Shown here: positions 47,943 through 57,486 of the stretch, in pieces
Layout of the letters: each line of letters opens with the position of its first letter
Numbering within the stretch: position 1 is the stretch's first letter
Source of the DNA: Collinsella sp.
GTDB taxonomy: Bacteria; Actinomycetota; Coriobacteriia; Coriobacteriales; Coriobacteriaceae
DNA length: 64,000 bases
Assembly: GCA_019414245.1 (NCBI GenBank)
Contig: DXMK01000005.1
Coordinates: 14,463-78,462 of the forward strand
Direction of reading: 5' to 3'
Program-made: the position numbers and the translations under genes
Notes under the pieces: model-generated
What the model saw: only the letters and a program-made list of their open reading frames with translations
Database searches by the model: none
What the model was told of the DNA's origin: nothing

Positions 47943-48818
47943 ATGGGTGAGCAGGTTTGTATGACGGGCGCCGAGTACTGCGGCGGAGCTGCGGGCGTGG
48001 ATACGAACGGCTATCCGGTCGAGACTACGGGCAACGCGGTGCTGGACATCTTGGAGCATCGCTCGTCTACGCGTGCCTTCGCGCGTGATGACGACGACCG
48101 TCCCGTGGCGGTGACCGACGAGCAGCGCGCAGCGATTCTGCATGCGGCAAGTCGCGCGCCGTCGGCGGGCGCCATGATGATGTATTCCATCGTAAGCATT
48201 CGCGAGCAGGCTACGCTGGACCGTCTGGCCGACCTGTGCGACCATCAGCCCATGATCGCCAAGGCGCCCTGGGCACTTATATTTGTGGTCGATTATGCCA
48301 AGTGGATCGATCTGTTTGAGCGCGTGGGCTGCTTTGAGCCCGAGTTCGTCGAGCGCACGGGCAAGGCGCCCCGTCGTGCACCGGGTTTGGGCGACTTTGC
48401 CATCGCGGCGCAGGATGCCGTGATCGCCGCGCAAAACGCCGTGGTTGCCGCCGAGGCCCTGGGGCTGGGGAGCTGCTACATTGGCGACATCGTCGAGAAT
48501 GCCGAGGAAGTTGCCGAGCTGCTCGATCTGCCGCCCTATACCATGCCGCTGTCGATGCTCATCATCGGCACGCCCCGTAAGGAGCGTCCGGCCATTGCGC
48601 ATCCCGTGGTGAACCTGGTGCACGAGGAGCGCTACTGCCGCGCCGATGCTGCGACTATGGACGCGCAGGTGGCCGAGATGGACGCGATGTTCCGTCCGCA
48701 TGCCCGCGAGGTGGGGGAGCGCGTCGTGGACATCTATACCCGCAAGCACACGAGTCCCTTTATGGCCGAGATGAGCCGATCCATGGAATGGTGGTTCAAA
48801 AACTGGCTTGGAAAATGA
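47943..48818 (+). CDS. Nitroreductase, NfsA/Frp-like
   Basis: HRSSTRAF, APSAG, QPMIAKAP, DAVIAAQN..AAEALGLGSCYIG. Confidence 0.88.
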   Translation: MGEQVCMTGAEYCGGAAGVDTNGYPVETTGNAVLDILEHRSSTRAFARDDDDRPVAVTDEQRAAILHAASRAPSAGAMMMYSIVSIREQATLDRLADLCDHQPMIAKAPWALIFVVDYAKWIDLFERVGCFEPEFVERTGKAPRRAPGLGDFAIAAQDAVIAAQNAVVAAEALGLGSCYIGDIVENAEEVAELLDLPPYTMPLSMLIIGTPRKERPAIAHPVVNLVHEERYCRADAATMDAQVAEMDAMFRPHAREVGERVVDIYTRKHTSPFMAEMSRSMEWWFKNWLGK

Positions 48819-48820
48819 CG

Positions 48821-48853
48821 AATGTGACAAGGGGGCAGCCCCTTTGTTACATT
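48821..48853. repeat. REP-like palindrome (family A-related)
   Basis: AATGTGACAAGGGGGCAGCCCCTTTGTTACATT right after a stop codon. Confidence 0.65.
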
Positions 48854-48870
48854 CCATATCGCCGCGGTAG

Positions 48871-48887
48871 CTTAAAGACTGTATAAA
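48871..48887 (-). promoter_or_regulatory. KdpE-box candidate upstream of kup
   Basis: Minus strand reads TTTATA-CAGTC-TTTAAG, resembling the E. coli KdpE site TTTATA-N5-TTTACA. Confidence 0.35.
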
Positions 48888-48976
48888 TCTTTATCTAGCT
48901 GGGAAAACAGTGCATTAAAACATGGGCCGATTGCCTATAATCCCTTCGAACATTAAAGTTGGGAGGAAACCGGCTT

Positions 48977-51004
48977 ATGGAACAAAAGGCCAAGGAGGCA
49001 GCCTCGCACGCTGCGATTCCTGTGAGCATCTCGGCGATGCTCGTCACGCTGGGCGTGGTGTACGGCGATATCGGCACCAGCCCTATGTATGTAACCAAGG
49101 CGCTCGTTGCCGGCAACGGCGGCATCGGAAGTGTGACGGAGGAGTTCGTGCTTGGCGCGCTCTCCCTTGTCGTGTGGACGGTCACGCTGCTGACCACCAT
49201 CAAGTATGTGCTCATCTCGCTGCGCGCCGATAACCATGGTGAGGGCGGCATCTTTGCCCTGTACAGCCTGGTCAAGCGCTGCGGCAAGTGGCTTATCATC
49301 CCCGCCATGCTGGGTGGCGCCGCGCTGCTCGCCGACGGCATCCTGACGCCGGCCGTTACCGTTACCACGGCCATCGAGGGCCTGCGCACCATCCCGGCGG
49401 TCCATGCCGTGCTGGGCGATGACCAGGGCCGCGTCGTCGCCATTACGCTCGCCATCATCATCGCGCTCTTCTTGGTACAGCGCATCGGTACGGCCAAGAT
49501 CGGTCACGCCTTTGGCCCCATCATGACGCTGTGGTTTCTGTTCCTGGGCGGTACGGGTCTGTTCTTTGTCTTCCAGCACCCCGCCGTGCTGCTGTGCCTC
49601 AACCCGGTGCGCGGCATCGCCTTTTTGCTAAGCCCCAACAACCACGCGGGCATCATGATTCTGGGCAGCTGCTTCCTTGCCACCACCGGTGCCGAGGCGC
49701 TCTATTCCGACATGGGCCACGTGGGCCGCGGCAACATCTACGCCACCTGGCCGTTCGTTAAGTGCTGCCTGCTGCTGTCCTATATGGGCCAGGGCGCGTG
49801 GCTTATCAACAACGCCGCCAACCCCGAGCTCATGGGTATCGCCGACCTCAACCCCTTCTACCAGATGCTCACCCCGGGCCTGCGTCCCTTTGCCGTCGGC
49901 CTTTCCACCGTTGCGGCCATCATCGCCTCGCAGGCGCTCATCACCGGCGCATTCTCGCTGGTGTCCGAGGCCAGCCGTCTGGACCTTATGCCGCACATGC
50001 AGGTCTTCTACCCTGCCGAGACCAAGGGCCAGCTCTACATCCCCATGGTCAACAACGTCATGCTTGTCGGCTGCGTCATCGTGGTGCTGCTGTTCCAGAA
50101 CTCGGCGCATATGGAAGCCGCCTACGGCCTTGCCATTACGCTGACTATGATGTGCACCACGCTGCTGCTCTTCTTCTACCTGCACGAGGAGCGCAAGCTC
50201 AAGGTTGCTCCGTGGATCTTCGCGGCCTTCTTCCTTTTGCTCGAAGGCTTCTTCTTCGTGAGCTCGCTCACCAAGTTCTTCCACGGCGGCTACTTCACCA
50301 TCCTCATGGCTGCACTCATCATGGGCATTATGGTGTGCTGGTACAACGGCACGGCGGTCGAGCAGCGCCAGTTTACGCTGCTGCCGCTGCGCAGCTACCT
50401 GCCGCAGCTCAAGCGCCTGCGTGACGACGACCGTTACGAGCGCATGAGCGACAACGTCGTGTACCTGACCAAGGACGCCCATACCGACTACATCGACCGC
50501 GATATCGTCTATTCGATCTTGGACAAGCATCCCAAGCGCGCCCGCGCCTGGTGGTTTGTGAATGTCGAGACCATGGACGAACCGCACACCTTTGCCTATT
50601 CGGTCGAGACGTTCGGCACCGACTACGTGTTCCGCGTGCATCTGTACCTGGGCTACAAGATCAACCAGCGCGTCAATGCCTACCTGCGTCAGGTTGTTCA
50701 GGACCTGGCTGCCACCGGCGAGCTGCCGCCGCAGACGCATGACTACTCGGTCTACAAGGATCCGGGTAACATCGGTACGTTCAAGTTCGTCCTGATCCGT
50801 AAGCTTCTGGCGCCCGAAAGCGATGTGGAGCCCAGCGAGCGTACGGCCATCACGCTCAAGTACATCATTCGCCGCGCCGCCGGCACGCCTGCACGCTGGT
50901 ACGGCCTGGAGAACTCCAACGTGAGCTTTGAGTACGTGCCGCTGTTCACCAAGTTCAAGGCCGTGAACAAGATGCAGCGCCTGGCTCCCAACGAGCGGCC
51001 GTAG
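48977..51004 (+). CDS. kup: KUP/HAK/KT potassium transporter
   Basis: GVVYGDIGTSPMY, DNHGEGGIFALY, DGILTPA, TGAEALYSDMGH, AAYGLA. Confidence 0.96.
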   Translation: MEQKAKEAASHAAIPVSISAMLVTLGVVYGDIGTSPMYVTKALVAGNGGIGSVTEEFVLGALSLVVWTVTLLTTIKYVLISLRADNHGEGGIFALYSLVKRCGKWLIIPAMLGGAALLADGILTPAVTVTTAIEGLRTIPAVHAVLGDDQGRVVAITLAIIIALFLVQRIGTAKIGHAFGPIMTLWFLFLGGTGLFFVFQHPAVLLCLNPVRGIAFLLSPNNHAGIMILGSCFLATTGAEALYSDMGHVGRGNIYATWPFVKCCLLLSYMGQGAWLINNAANPELMGIADLNPFYQMLTPGLRPFAVGLSTVAAIIASQALITGAFSLVSEASRLDLMPHMQVFYPAETKGQLYIPMVNNVMLVGCVIVVLLFQNSAHMEAAYGLAITLTMMCTTLLLFFYLHEERKLKVAPWIFAAFFLLLEGFFFVSSLTKFFHGGYFTILMAALIMGIMVCWYNGTAVEQRQFTLLPLRSYLPQLKRLRDDDRYERMSDNVVYLTKDAHTDYIDRDIVYSILDKHPKRARAWWFVNVETMDEPHTFAYSVETFGTDYVFRVHLYLGYKINQRVNAYLRQVVQDLAATGELPPQTHDYSVYKDPGNIGTFKFVLIRKLLAPESDVEPSERTAITLKYIIRRAAGTPARWYGLENSNVSFEYVPLFTKFKAVNKMQRLAPNERP

Positions 51005-51073
51005 TCGACGCTCGAGGTTTGTCTGCGAACGGGCGGGCTTGTATTGATGGGGATTGAGTCCTGGGAGGAAACC

Positions 51074-51268
51074 ATGGATGCAAAGGTGCTTGACGGTTGC
51101 GATCTTGCTGCCGAGATGGTGCGTGAGGCACGCGCCGATGCCGCCGAAGATCGGTTCTTTACGAATCGTGCCAACATGGACATGGCCGACCGCGTGATTT
51201 CGATCGTGGTGACGGTGCTTGTCGCGGCGTGCGTGTGCGCACTGCTCGCGCACGTGCTGTTTGTCTAA
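51074..51268 (+). CDS. Small membrane protein (64 aa)
   Basis: GGAGG RBS, single C-terminal TM. Confidence 0.6.
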   Translation: MDAKVLDGCDLAAEMVREARADAAEDRFFTNRANMDMADRVISIVVTVLVAACVCALLAHVLFV

Positions 51269-51314
51269 CGTCCGCAGGTTGCAAAGGCTTTACACTTGGA
51301 ACCACCACAAGGGG

Positions 51315-51353
51315 AAACCACCACAAAGGTGCCTGTCCCCTTTGTGGTGGTTT
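51315..51353. repeat. REP-like palindrome, family A variant
   Basis: AAACCACCACAAAGGTGCCTGTCCCCTTTGTGGTGGTTT. Confidence 0.75.
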
Positions 51354-51381
51354 TTGTTTTTGAGAGAGGGGCGGGGCGCTG

Positions 51382-53007
51382 ATGGACGTCCGTACGGACG
51401 GCGATATTGCCGATAGCTTTTGGTGGCGGCGCACAACGCTGACGCGCCGCACTCCTCTGTATGACGCCTGCGTATCGGTGGGGCTGCTGGTCGCGGCGAC
51501 GATTGTGGGCGCGCTGCTCGACCATCCGGGTCTCGCGCCGAGCATCATGATCGTCTATGTGTTCGCCGTTCAGCTGTGCGCATTCTTTACCTGCAGTCGC
51601 CTGTATTGCTTGCTGAGCTCGGCTGCCGCCGTGGCGCTCTACAACTTCTTGTTTGTCGACCCGCGCTACTTGCTGTCGTTTATCGACCGCGGCTATCCCG
51701 GCATGTTCTTCATCATGTTTGTGGTCTCGCTTGTGTCGAGCTCGATTGCCTTGGCCCTGCGTCGCGCTTTGGCACAGGCTGCCGCCAGCGACCGCCGCAC
51801 GCATATGGTGCTCGAGACCAATCGCATGTTGCAGCGCTGCGCCGACGAGCAGCAGATCGTTCACGCCATGGCCACGCAGCTGGCGCGTCTTTCGGGCTGT
51901 CCGGTCGTGTGGTACAGCGCCGACGCCGAGGGCGATGACCTGCTGCCGCGTGCGACATACACGGCCGTGGGCGATGCCGCGCCGGTGCACGAGCTGGCGC
52001 CGCAGATGCCACCGCGGCTCTCGGCGTCCGCCTATGTGGGAACGCCGCTCGATGCTACGTTCGGCGGCTCGGCGTTTTATGGTATCTACCTGACGGTTCG
52101 CACAGGCGACGGCTTCGCGCGCTCGGGCGACCCCGCCTCGGTGGTGGGCGTGCTGGCTATCGTTGCCGAGCCCGACGTGCTGACGCACGAGGAGCGGACA
52201 CTTGCCGATGCTATCGTGAGCGAAGGCGAGCTGGCGCTCGATCGCGCCCGCGCCATGGAGGCCCGCGAGGAGGCGGCGGTGCTTGCCAAAAATGAGCAGC
52301 TGCGCGCCAACCTGCTGCGCTCCATCTCGCACGACCTGCGCACGCCGCTCACCAGTATTTCGGGTAATGCCGATGTGCTGCTCGACCAGGGCTCGACCGG
52401 CACCGCCGTGCTCGACGCCCAAACGCGCCGCGGCCTGCTCTTGTCCATTCGCTCGGATGCGCAATGGCTCAACGCCACCGTCGAGAACCTGCTCGCCATC
52501 ACCAAGCTCGAGGGCGGCGGTATGCGCCTGTCGACCACGCTCGAGCTCATGGACGATATCGTGGAGGAGGCGCTGCGCCACGTGAACCCTGCCGTGCGCG
52601 AGCACGACCTTAAGGTGGTGGCGTGCGATGAGCCGGCGCTCGTCAACGTCGATGCGCGCCTGATGGTGCAGCTGGTGGTCAATCTGGTGAACAACGCCAT
52701 CACCTATACGCCCGCGGGCTCGCATATCATGATTTCGATTAGCGTCGACGATGGACGCGTGGCGTGCTCGGTGGCCGATGATGGTCCGGGCATTGCGCCC
52801 GAGGACCGCGAGCGAATCTTTGAGTCGTTCTACACCGCCAACCACGGTCTTGCCGACAGCCATCGCAGCGTGGGCCTGGGTCTTTCGCTCTGCCGCTCCA
52901 TTGCGCTGGCGCATGGCGGTAGCATAGAGGTTGCCGCGGCGGACCCGCACGGCTCGGTCTTTACGATTGAGCTTCCCGTCGCCGACGTTTCGTTTGATAA
53001 GGAGTAG
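51382..53007 (+). CDS. kdpD: KdpD-like sensor histidine kinase (4-TM, GAF-like, HisKA, HATPase)
   Basis: YNFLFVDPRY, EQLRANLLRSISHDLRTPLTSI, NLVNNA, DDGPGI, GLGL; lacks the N-terminal KdpD/Usp domains. Confidence 0.85.
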   Translation: MDVRTDGDIADSFWWRRTTLTRRTPLYDACVSVGLLVAATIVGALLDHPGLAPSIMIVYVFAVQLCAFFTCSRLYCLLSSAAAVALYNFLFVDPRYLLSFIDRGYPGMFFIMFVVSLVSSSIALALRRALAQAAASDRRTHMVLETNRMLQRCADEQQIVHAMATQLARLSGCPVVWYSADAEGDDLLPRATYTAVGDAAPVHELAPQMPPRLSASAYVGTPLDATFGGSAFYGIYLTVRTGDGFARSGDPASVVGVLAIVAEPDVLTHEERTLADAIVSEGELALDRARAMEAREEAAVLAKNEQLRANLLRSISHDLRTPLTSISGNADVLLDQGSTGTAVLDAQTRRGLLLSIRSDAQWLNATVENLLAITKLEGGGMRLSTTLELMDDIVEEALRHVNPAVREHDLKVVACDEPALVNVDARLMVQLVVNLVNNAITYTPAGSHIMISISVDDGRVACSVADDGPGIAPEDRERIFESFYTANHGLADSHRSVGLGLSLCRSIALAHGGSIEVAAADPHGSVFTIELPVADVSFDKE

Positions 53008-53011
53008 CGCT

Positions 53012-53725
53012 GTGCCGAACTCTGCCGTAAAACCGCTCATCTTGGTCGTTGAGGACGATCCCGCCGTCCGCAACCTTATTGTTGCCGCGCTCGAGGCGCA
53101 CGGCTTGCGTCATATGGCCGTGGAGACCGCCCATGCCGCCATCGCCGCCGCCTCGTCGCAGGCGCCGAGCATTGTGCTGCTCGATCTGGGCTTGCCCGAT
53201 ATGGACGGCGTCAAGGTGGTCGAGTCGGTGCGCACGTGGTCGGGCATGCCGATTATCGTGGTCTCGGCGCGCAGCGAGGATGCAGACAAGATCCGCGCGC
53301 TCGATGCCGGTGCCGATGACTATCTGACCAAGCCGTTTTCGGTCGAGGAGCTGCTCGCGCGTATCCGCACCACGCTCAGGCGTCTTTCGTATGCGCAGAT
53401 AGGTGCGGGTTCGTCCGAGGGCACGTTCGATACCGGCGAGCTGCATATCGACTTTGATGCCGGCATCGCCACGATGGACGGCGAGGAGCTGCATCTGACG
53501 CCGATCGAGTACAAGTTGCTCTGCTTGCTGGCGCACAACGCCGACAAGGTGCTCACGCATCAGTTTATTCTGCACGAGATTTGGGGCACGGCGACCAAGA
53601 GCGACCTTGCGAGCCTGCGCGTCTTTATGGGCACGCTGCGCAAGAAGATTGAGTCCGACCCCGCGCACCCGCGCTATATCCAGACGCACGTGGGTATCGG
53701 CTATCGCCTGGTCACCCAAGGCTAG
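53012..53725 (+). CDS. kdpE: KdpE-like response regulator (OmpR family)
   Basis: VVEDD, LDLGLPDMDG, GADDYLTKPF, HLTPIEY, LRVFMGTLRKKIE.DP..PRYIQT. Confidence 0.9.
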   Translation: MPNSAVKPLILVVEDDPAVRNLIVAALEAHGLRHMAVETAHAAIAAASSQAPSIVLLDLGLPDMDGVKVVESVRTWSGMPIIVVSARSEDADKIRALDAGADDYLTKPFSVEELLARIRTTLRRLSYAQIGAGSSEGTFDTGELHIDFDAGIATMDGEELHLTPIEYKLLCLLAHNADKVLTHQFILHEIWGTATKSDLASLRVFMGTLRKKIESDPAHPRYIQTHVGIGYRLVTQG

Positions 53726-53749
53726 ATAGCCAACCACCATCCCAATTTG

Positions 53750-53816
53750 AGTTGCGGTGAAATACGGTCTAAATCTGCCTAATTCCAGGCAAAACAGTCC
53801 GTATTCCACCGCAACT
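53750..53816. repeat. Palindromic element, AGTTGCGGTGGAATA family
   Basis: AGTTGCGGTGAAATACGG..CCGTATTCCACCGCAACT between convergent genes. Confidence 0.75.
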
Positions 53817-53819
53817 TTG

Positions 53820-56390
53820 TTATTTGCCCTTGGGCTTGCTGGCGTAGAACTTCTTCTTTTTGGGCTTGCCGGCGGGGAAGGGCTTGCCGGCAAAGTTGGA
53901 CTTGCCGTTGCCGGCCTGCGCGTGCGCGGGTACTGCCGCACGGGGCTTGCGGGCCTCGGGGTTGCGCAGTTCCTCGACGCGCTCGGCAATTTCCTCGGCG
54001 CTAAAGCCGACTTCGGCCATGGCATCCTCGATAGGCAGGCGGCGCACGATGTAGCAGTGGTGCACCTTCTGGTTGCGCGCGAAGTCCTCGGGGATGGTCT
54101 GCGCCGTAATGTCCTCCAGCACCACGCCCGCGCGGGCGAGCTTGCGCGTCTCGGGGCGGAAGCCGCGCAGGTTGCAGCTAAAGATGGCATGGCCGCCCTG
54201 CGCGAGCAAGCGCGATACGCCGGCCAACAGCTCAACATGGTCGCGCTGGACATCCCAGGTGCGGCGGCCCATCTTGGACGAGTTCGAGAACGTGGGCGGG
54301 TCGACAAAGATCAAGTCCCAGCGGTTGCGCGTCTGGCGCTGGTCGCGAATCCAGGCGAGCACGTCGTCGCGCACAAAATGATGCTGAGGCCCCACAAAGC
54401 CGTTCTGGCGCATGTTGCGCTCGGCCCAGTCCAGATAGGTGTTGGAGAGGTCGACCGTCACGGTCTCCTCGACGCCGCCATCTGCCGCGTAGCAGGTGGC
54501 AGTGCCGGTGTAGGCAAACAGGTTGAGGAAGCGGCGCGCCTGCTTGGCGTGCTCGCGCACCAGGTTGCGGGTGACGCGGTGGTCCAAGAAGATGCCGACG
54601 TCCAGGTAGTCGTCAAAGTTGACGGCAAAGGTGAGGCCGCCCTCTTCGATGAGCGGCAGGCGACGGCGCGCGATGTTGGCACGCTCGCCCGATCCACCCT
54701 TGCCGGCGCCCTGCTTGCCGTACTGCGAGCCGCCGCGCGAACGCATGCGGGCCTTGGCGTGCACGTGCTCGGCCGGAACATCCAGGATACGCGGCGCGAT
54801 GGCCAGAATATCGAGCATACGGGCCTGGGCCAGTGCGGGGTCGATGGTCTTGGGCGCGGCGTATTCGGCAATGACGAGCCAGCGGCTCGGCGTCTGCGGG
54901 CAACCCTCGTACAGATCGATGGCGGCAGAGTAATCGGGCAGGTCGGCATCGTAGACGCGGTAGCAGCTCACGCCCTCGCGCTTTGCCCACTTGCGACGCA
55001 GGCGAGCGTTCTTGCGCAGACGGTTGGCGAACTGCTCGGACTCGGGGATGAGCACGGGCAGCGGCTTGCCGTCACCCAGGTCGAGCGTGGCGGTAGGTTC
55101 GGGCATGAAGGTGTCGGCGGCTTCGTCGCTGATGACGTCGTCGGCGTCCGCGGTCTCGCCCTCGGCGTTTGCGCTGGTCGCAGCCTCAAACGCTGCGGCG
55201 GCGTGGTCGAGCGAGGGCCAAACCTCAATAGCCGCCTCCTCGTTATTGGGCATGACGGCGATGGAGCGCACGGGCTCGGCATGGAGCGCGCGGGCCAGCA
55301 ATCCGTCGCGGGTGAGCGCGGCGACCGGTGCCGAAGCGAGCTCGGGCGCGCGGCGCAGCTCGCCGACCAGCGTCATGGCGTCGTGCATGAGCGAAAGCGG
55401 CGTCTCGGTGGTGTCCGCGACCACGGCGGCACCGGCGACGGCGCCCGCATGGTCCAGCACGGTGGCGGGCTTGGCGGCACAAAAGTCGACAAAACGCTTG
55501 TAGCCGGCGCACTTGACCATGCGCTCGGCAGTCTTGCGGGCGGCGGGGTCGATGTCTGCGGCCACGATGCGCGCCTGGCGCTCGCGCGCTGCCGCCTCGC
55601 GCTCGCGCGCCTCGGCAAGCAGCTGCTCCCACAGGGCGGCGTCGTGCAGCTGCCAGCCCTCAAAGCCCCAGCGCTCGCGCACAGCGCCCGGGGCGCGGTC
55701 GGTCAGAATGTTCACGGCCTCCAGCAGCAGACCGCCGCCGGCGCATGAGGCATCGATCAGCGTGGGAAGGGCTTCATTCTCGTAATCGTCAGCCGTTAAC
55801 TCGCGCTCGCACAGTGCGGTCCAGCCGACCTGCGCCAGCACCAGGGCGGCGTAGTCGGGGCGCAGCACGTGCGTACCCTCGCCGGCGCGGGTCGCTGCGG
55901 GCGGCAGACGCTTGAACAGCGGATCGCCCGAAAGGTCCAGGCTGATGCTCGCGCGGCGCTGACGCAGCGAAAGCAGCAGGTGAACATCGGGATCGGTGGC
56001 GTTGACATCGGCGCGACGGCCCGTGGTTTCGGCCAAGCGGTCGCACAATGCGTCCTTGGCGCGCAGGGCCGAGAAGCGCGTGTTGCGCAGCTGCTCGGTC
56101 ACGCCGCGGGCGGTGATGGCAATGGTGGCGCCGGGGCGGACGATGTTCTCCCAGGCGATGTCGTAAACGCTATCGTACAGCTCATCGGCATCCTGCGCCT
56201 CAAAGCGCCCGAGCACCGCAAACACGCGGCTCGCTAGGCGCGACCACAGACAGGCGCGGTAGCCTTCTTCGAGCTCGCCCTCAAACGTGGCGCGGCCCTT
56301 CAGCCGGCGAACATGCGAAAGCCCGAGGCGTTTAAGCTCATCGGCGAGTACGGACTCAAAGCCCTCGGGGCAGCTTGCGTAAAATTCCAT
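53820..56390 (-). CDS. rlmKL: Bifunctional 23S rRNA methyltransferase RlmKL-like
   Basis: N-terminal THUMP region (CLWSRLASRV), ERWGFEGW, FANRLRKN, YRVYDADLP, FLDHR, LNLFAYTG, DPPTFSNS. Confidence 0.9.
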   Translation of the reverse strand: MEFYASCPEGFESVLADELKRLGLSHVRRLKGRATFEGELEEGYRACLWSRLASRVFAVLGRFEAQDADELYDSVYDIAWENIVRPGATIAITARGVTEQLRNTRFSALRAKDALCDRLAETTGRRADVNATDPDVHLLLSLRQRRASISLDLSGDPLFKRLPPAATRAGEGTHVLRPDYAALVLAQVGWTALCERELTADDYENEALPTLIDASCAGGGLLLEAVNILTDRAPGAVRERWGFEGWQLHDAALWEQLLAEAREREAAARERQARIVAADIDPAARKTAERMVKCAGYKRFVDFCAAKPATVLDHAGAVAGAAVVADTTETPLSLMHDAMTLVGELRRAPELASAPVAALTRDGLLARALHAEPVRSIAVMPNNEEAAIEVWPSLDHAAAAFEAATSANAEGETADADDVISDEAADTFMPEPTATLDLGDGKPLPVLIPESEQFANRLRKNARLRRKWAKREGVSCYRVYDADLPDYSAAIDLYEGCPQTPSRWLVIAEYAAPKTIDPALAQARMLDILAIAPRILDVPAEHVHAKARMRSRGGSQYGKQGAGKGGSGERANIARRRLPLIEEGGLTFAVNFDDYLDVGIFLDHRVTRNLVREHAKQARRFLNLFAYTGTATCYAADGGVEETVTVDLSNTYLDWAERNMRQNGFVGPQHHFVRDDVLAWIRDQRQTRNRWDLIFVDPPTFSNSSKMGRRTWDVQRDHVELLAGVSRLLAQGGHAIFSCNLRGFRPETRKLARAGVVLEDITAQTIPEDFARNQKVHHCYIVRRLPIEDAMAEVGFSAEEIAERVEELRNPEARKPRAAVPAHAQAGNGKSNFAGKPFPAGKPKKKKFYASKPKGK

Positions 56391-56465
56391 GGGTGACCTC
56401 TCTGGTTGCGTCGCTCCATTATATGATGGATGCCTCGTCTGCCCTTATCCTCGAAAGGAACTCAT

Positions 56466-57293
56466 ATGATTGATGCGTGCCCCGATTCCGCCGTGCTCTT
56501 TTTTGACGTGGACGGCACGCTGACGTCGTTCGATCCCGACGATATGACCGATAAGGACTTCAATGCAGTCCATCCGTCGAAGGCTGTTGTCGATGCATTT
56601 GGTCGCCTGCGCAATGCGGGTCACCAGGCATTTATCTGCACGGGTCGTCCCTTGTGGCTGATTGCCGATGGCCTGCGCGCGCTGAACCCGGCGGGTGTCG
56701 TTGCCATGGCGGGAGCGACGCTCGAGGTCGAGGGCCGCGTGGTGCATGAGGACTGCTTTGACGAGGACGTTATTGAGGAGCTTGCGCGCCGTATGGCCGC
56801 GGCAGGGATTGAGGCCTTTTTCGAGACCAACGTGGCTACTTTTGCCCTGGAACCCGCGGGTGTTGAGCAGTCGTCTCTGATCGGCACTTCTGTGGTGCAC
56901 AGCACCGAGGAAATGCGCGTCGACGGCAGTCTGCGCGTGGGCAAGGTGTGCATCGTCGCGAGCGACCTGGCTCGCGTAGCCAACGATGATGGCTTTATCG
57001 ATCGCGAGTTTGAGTTGTGCAACACCGGTGGTCAGAATCGCGAGCTGAGCCCCAAGGGCATTGACAAGGGCGTGGGCGTGGCGCGAGCGCTGGAATACCT
57101 GGGTCGCACCGGCAACGCGCGCACCTTTGGCTTTGGTGATTCCGGCAACGACCTGGGCATGCTCGCTGCGGTCGAGACGGCTGTCGCCATGGGCAACGCC
57201 ATGCCTGAGGTCAAGGCGGTCGCCGACTACGTGACCGACGATGTCGCACACGACGGCACCGTCACAGCGATGCAGCATTTCGGCCTCATCTAA
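56466..57293 (+). CDS. Cof-type HAD-IIB hydrolase
   Basis: FDVDGTL, CTGR, DKG, FGDSGNDLGML..AMGNA. Confidence 0.9.
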   Translation: MIDACPDSAVLFFDVDGTLTSFDPDDMTDKDFNAVHPSKAVVDAFGRLRNAGHQAFICTGRPLWLIADGLRALNPAGVVAMAGATLEVEGRVVHEDCFDEDVIEELARRMAAAGIEAFFETNVATFALEPAGVEQSSLIGTSVVHSTEEMRVDGSLRVGKVCIVASDLARVANDDGFIDREFELCNTGGQNRELSPKGIDKGVGVARALEYLGRTGNARTFGFGDSGNDLGMLAAVETAVAMGNAMPEVKAVADYVTDDVAHDGTVTAMQHFGLI

Positions 57294-57486
57294 TGAATCC
57301 CGCGTTCTGACGTTTGCTCAAACTGTGACTCTTTGCTTTTACATGCTCAATCGATTTATCAATCCAAACACTGAGGTGTTTATACCGTTCGCCGAGAAGA
57401 TAAAAAACCGCAGCTCACGCCTTGATAAACGTAGGTAAAGTGTTTAGCAGTTTAACGCCCATGTGCAAGCGAAAGGAATCAGGCAG

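Noticed and set aside
48854..48976. c-di-AMP (ydaO) riboswitch upstream of kup
   Set aside because: The leader is short and AT-rich and lacks the conserved ydaO elements.
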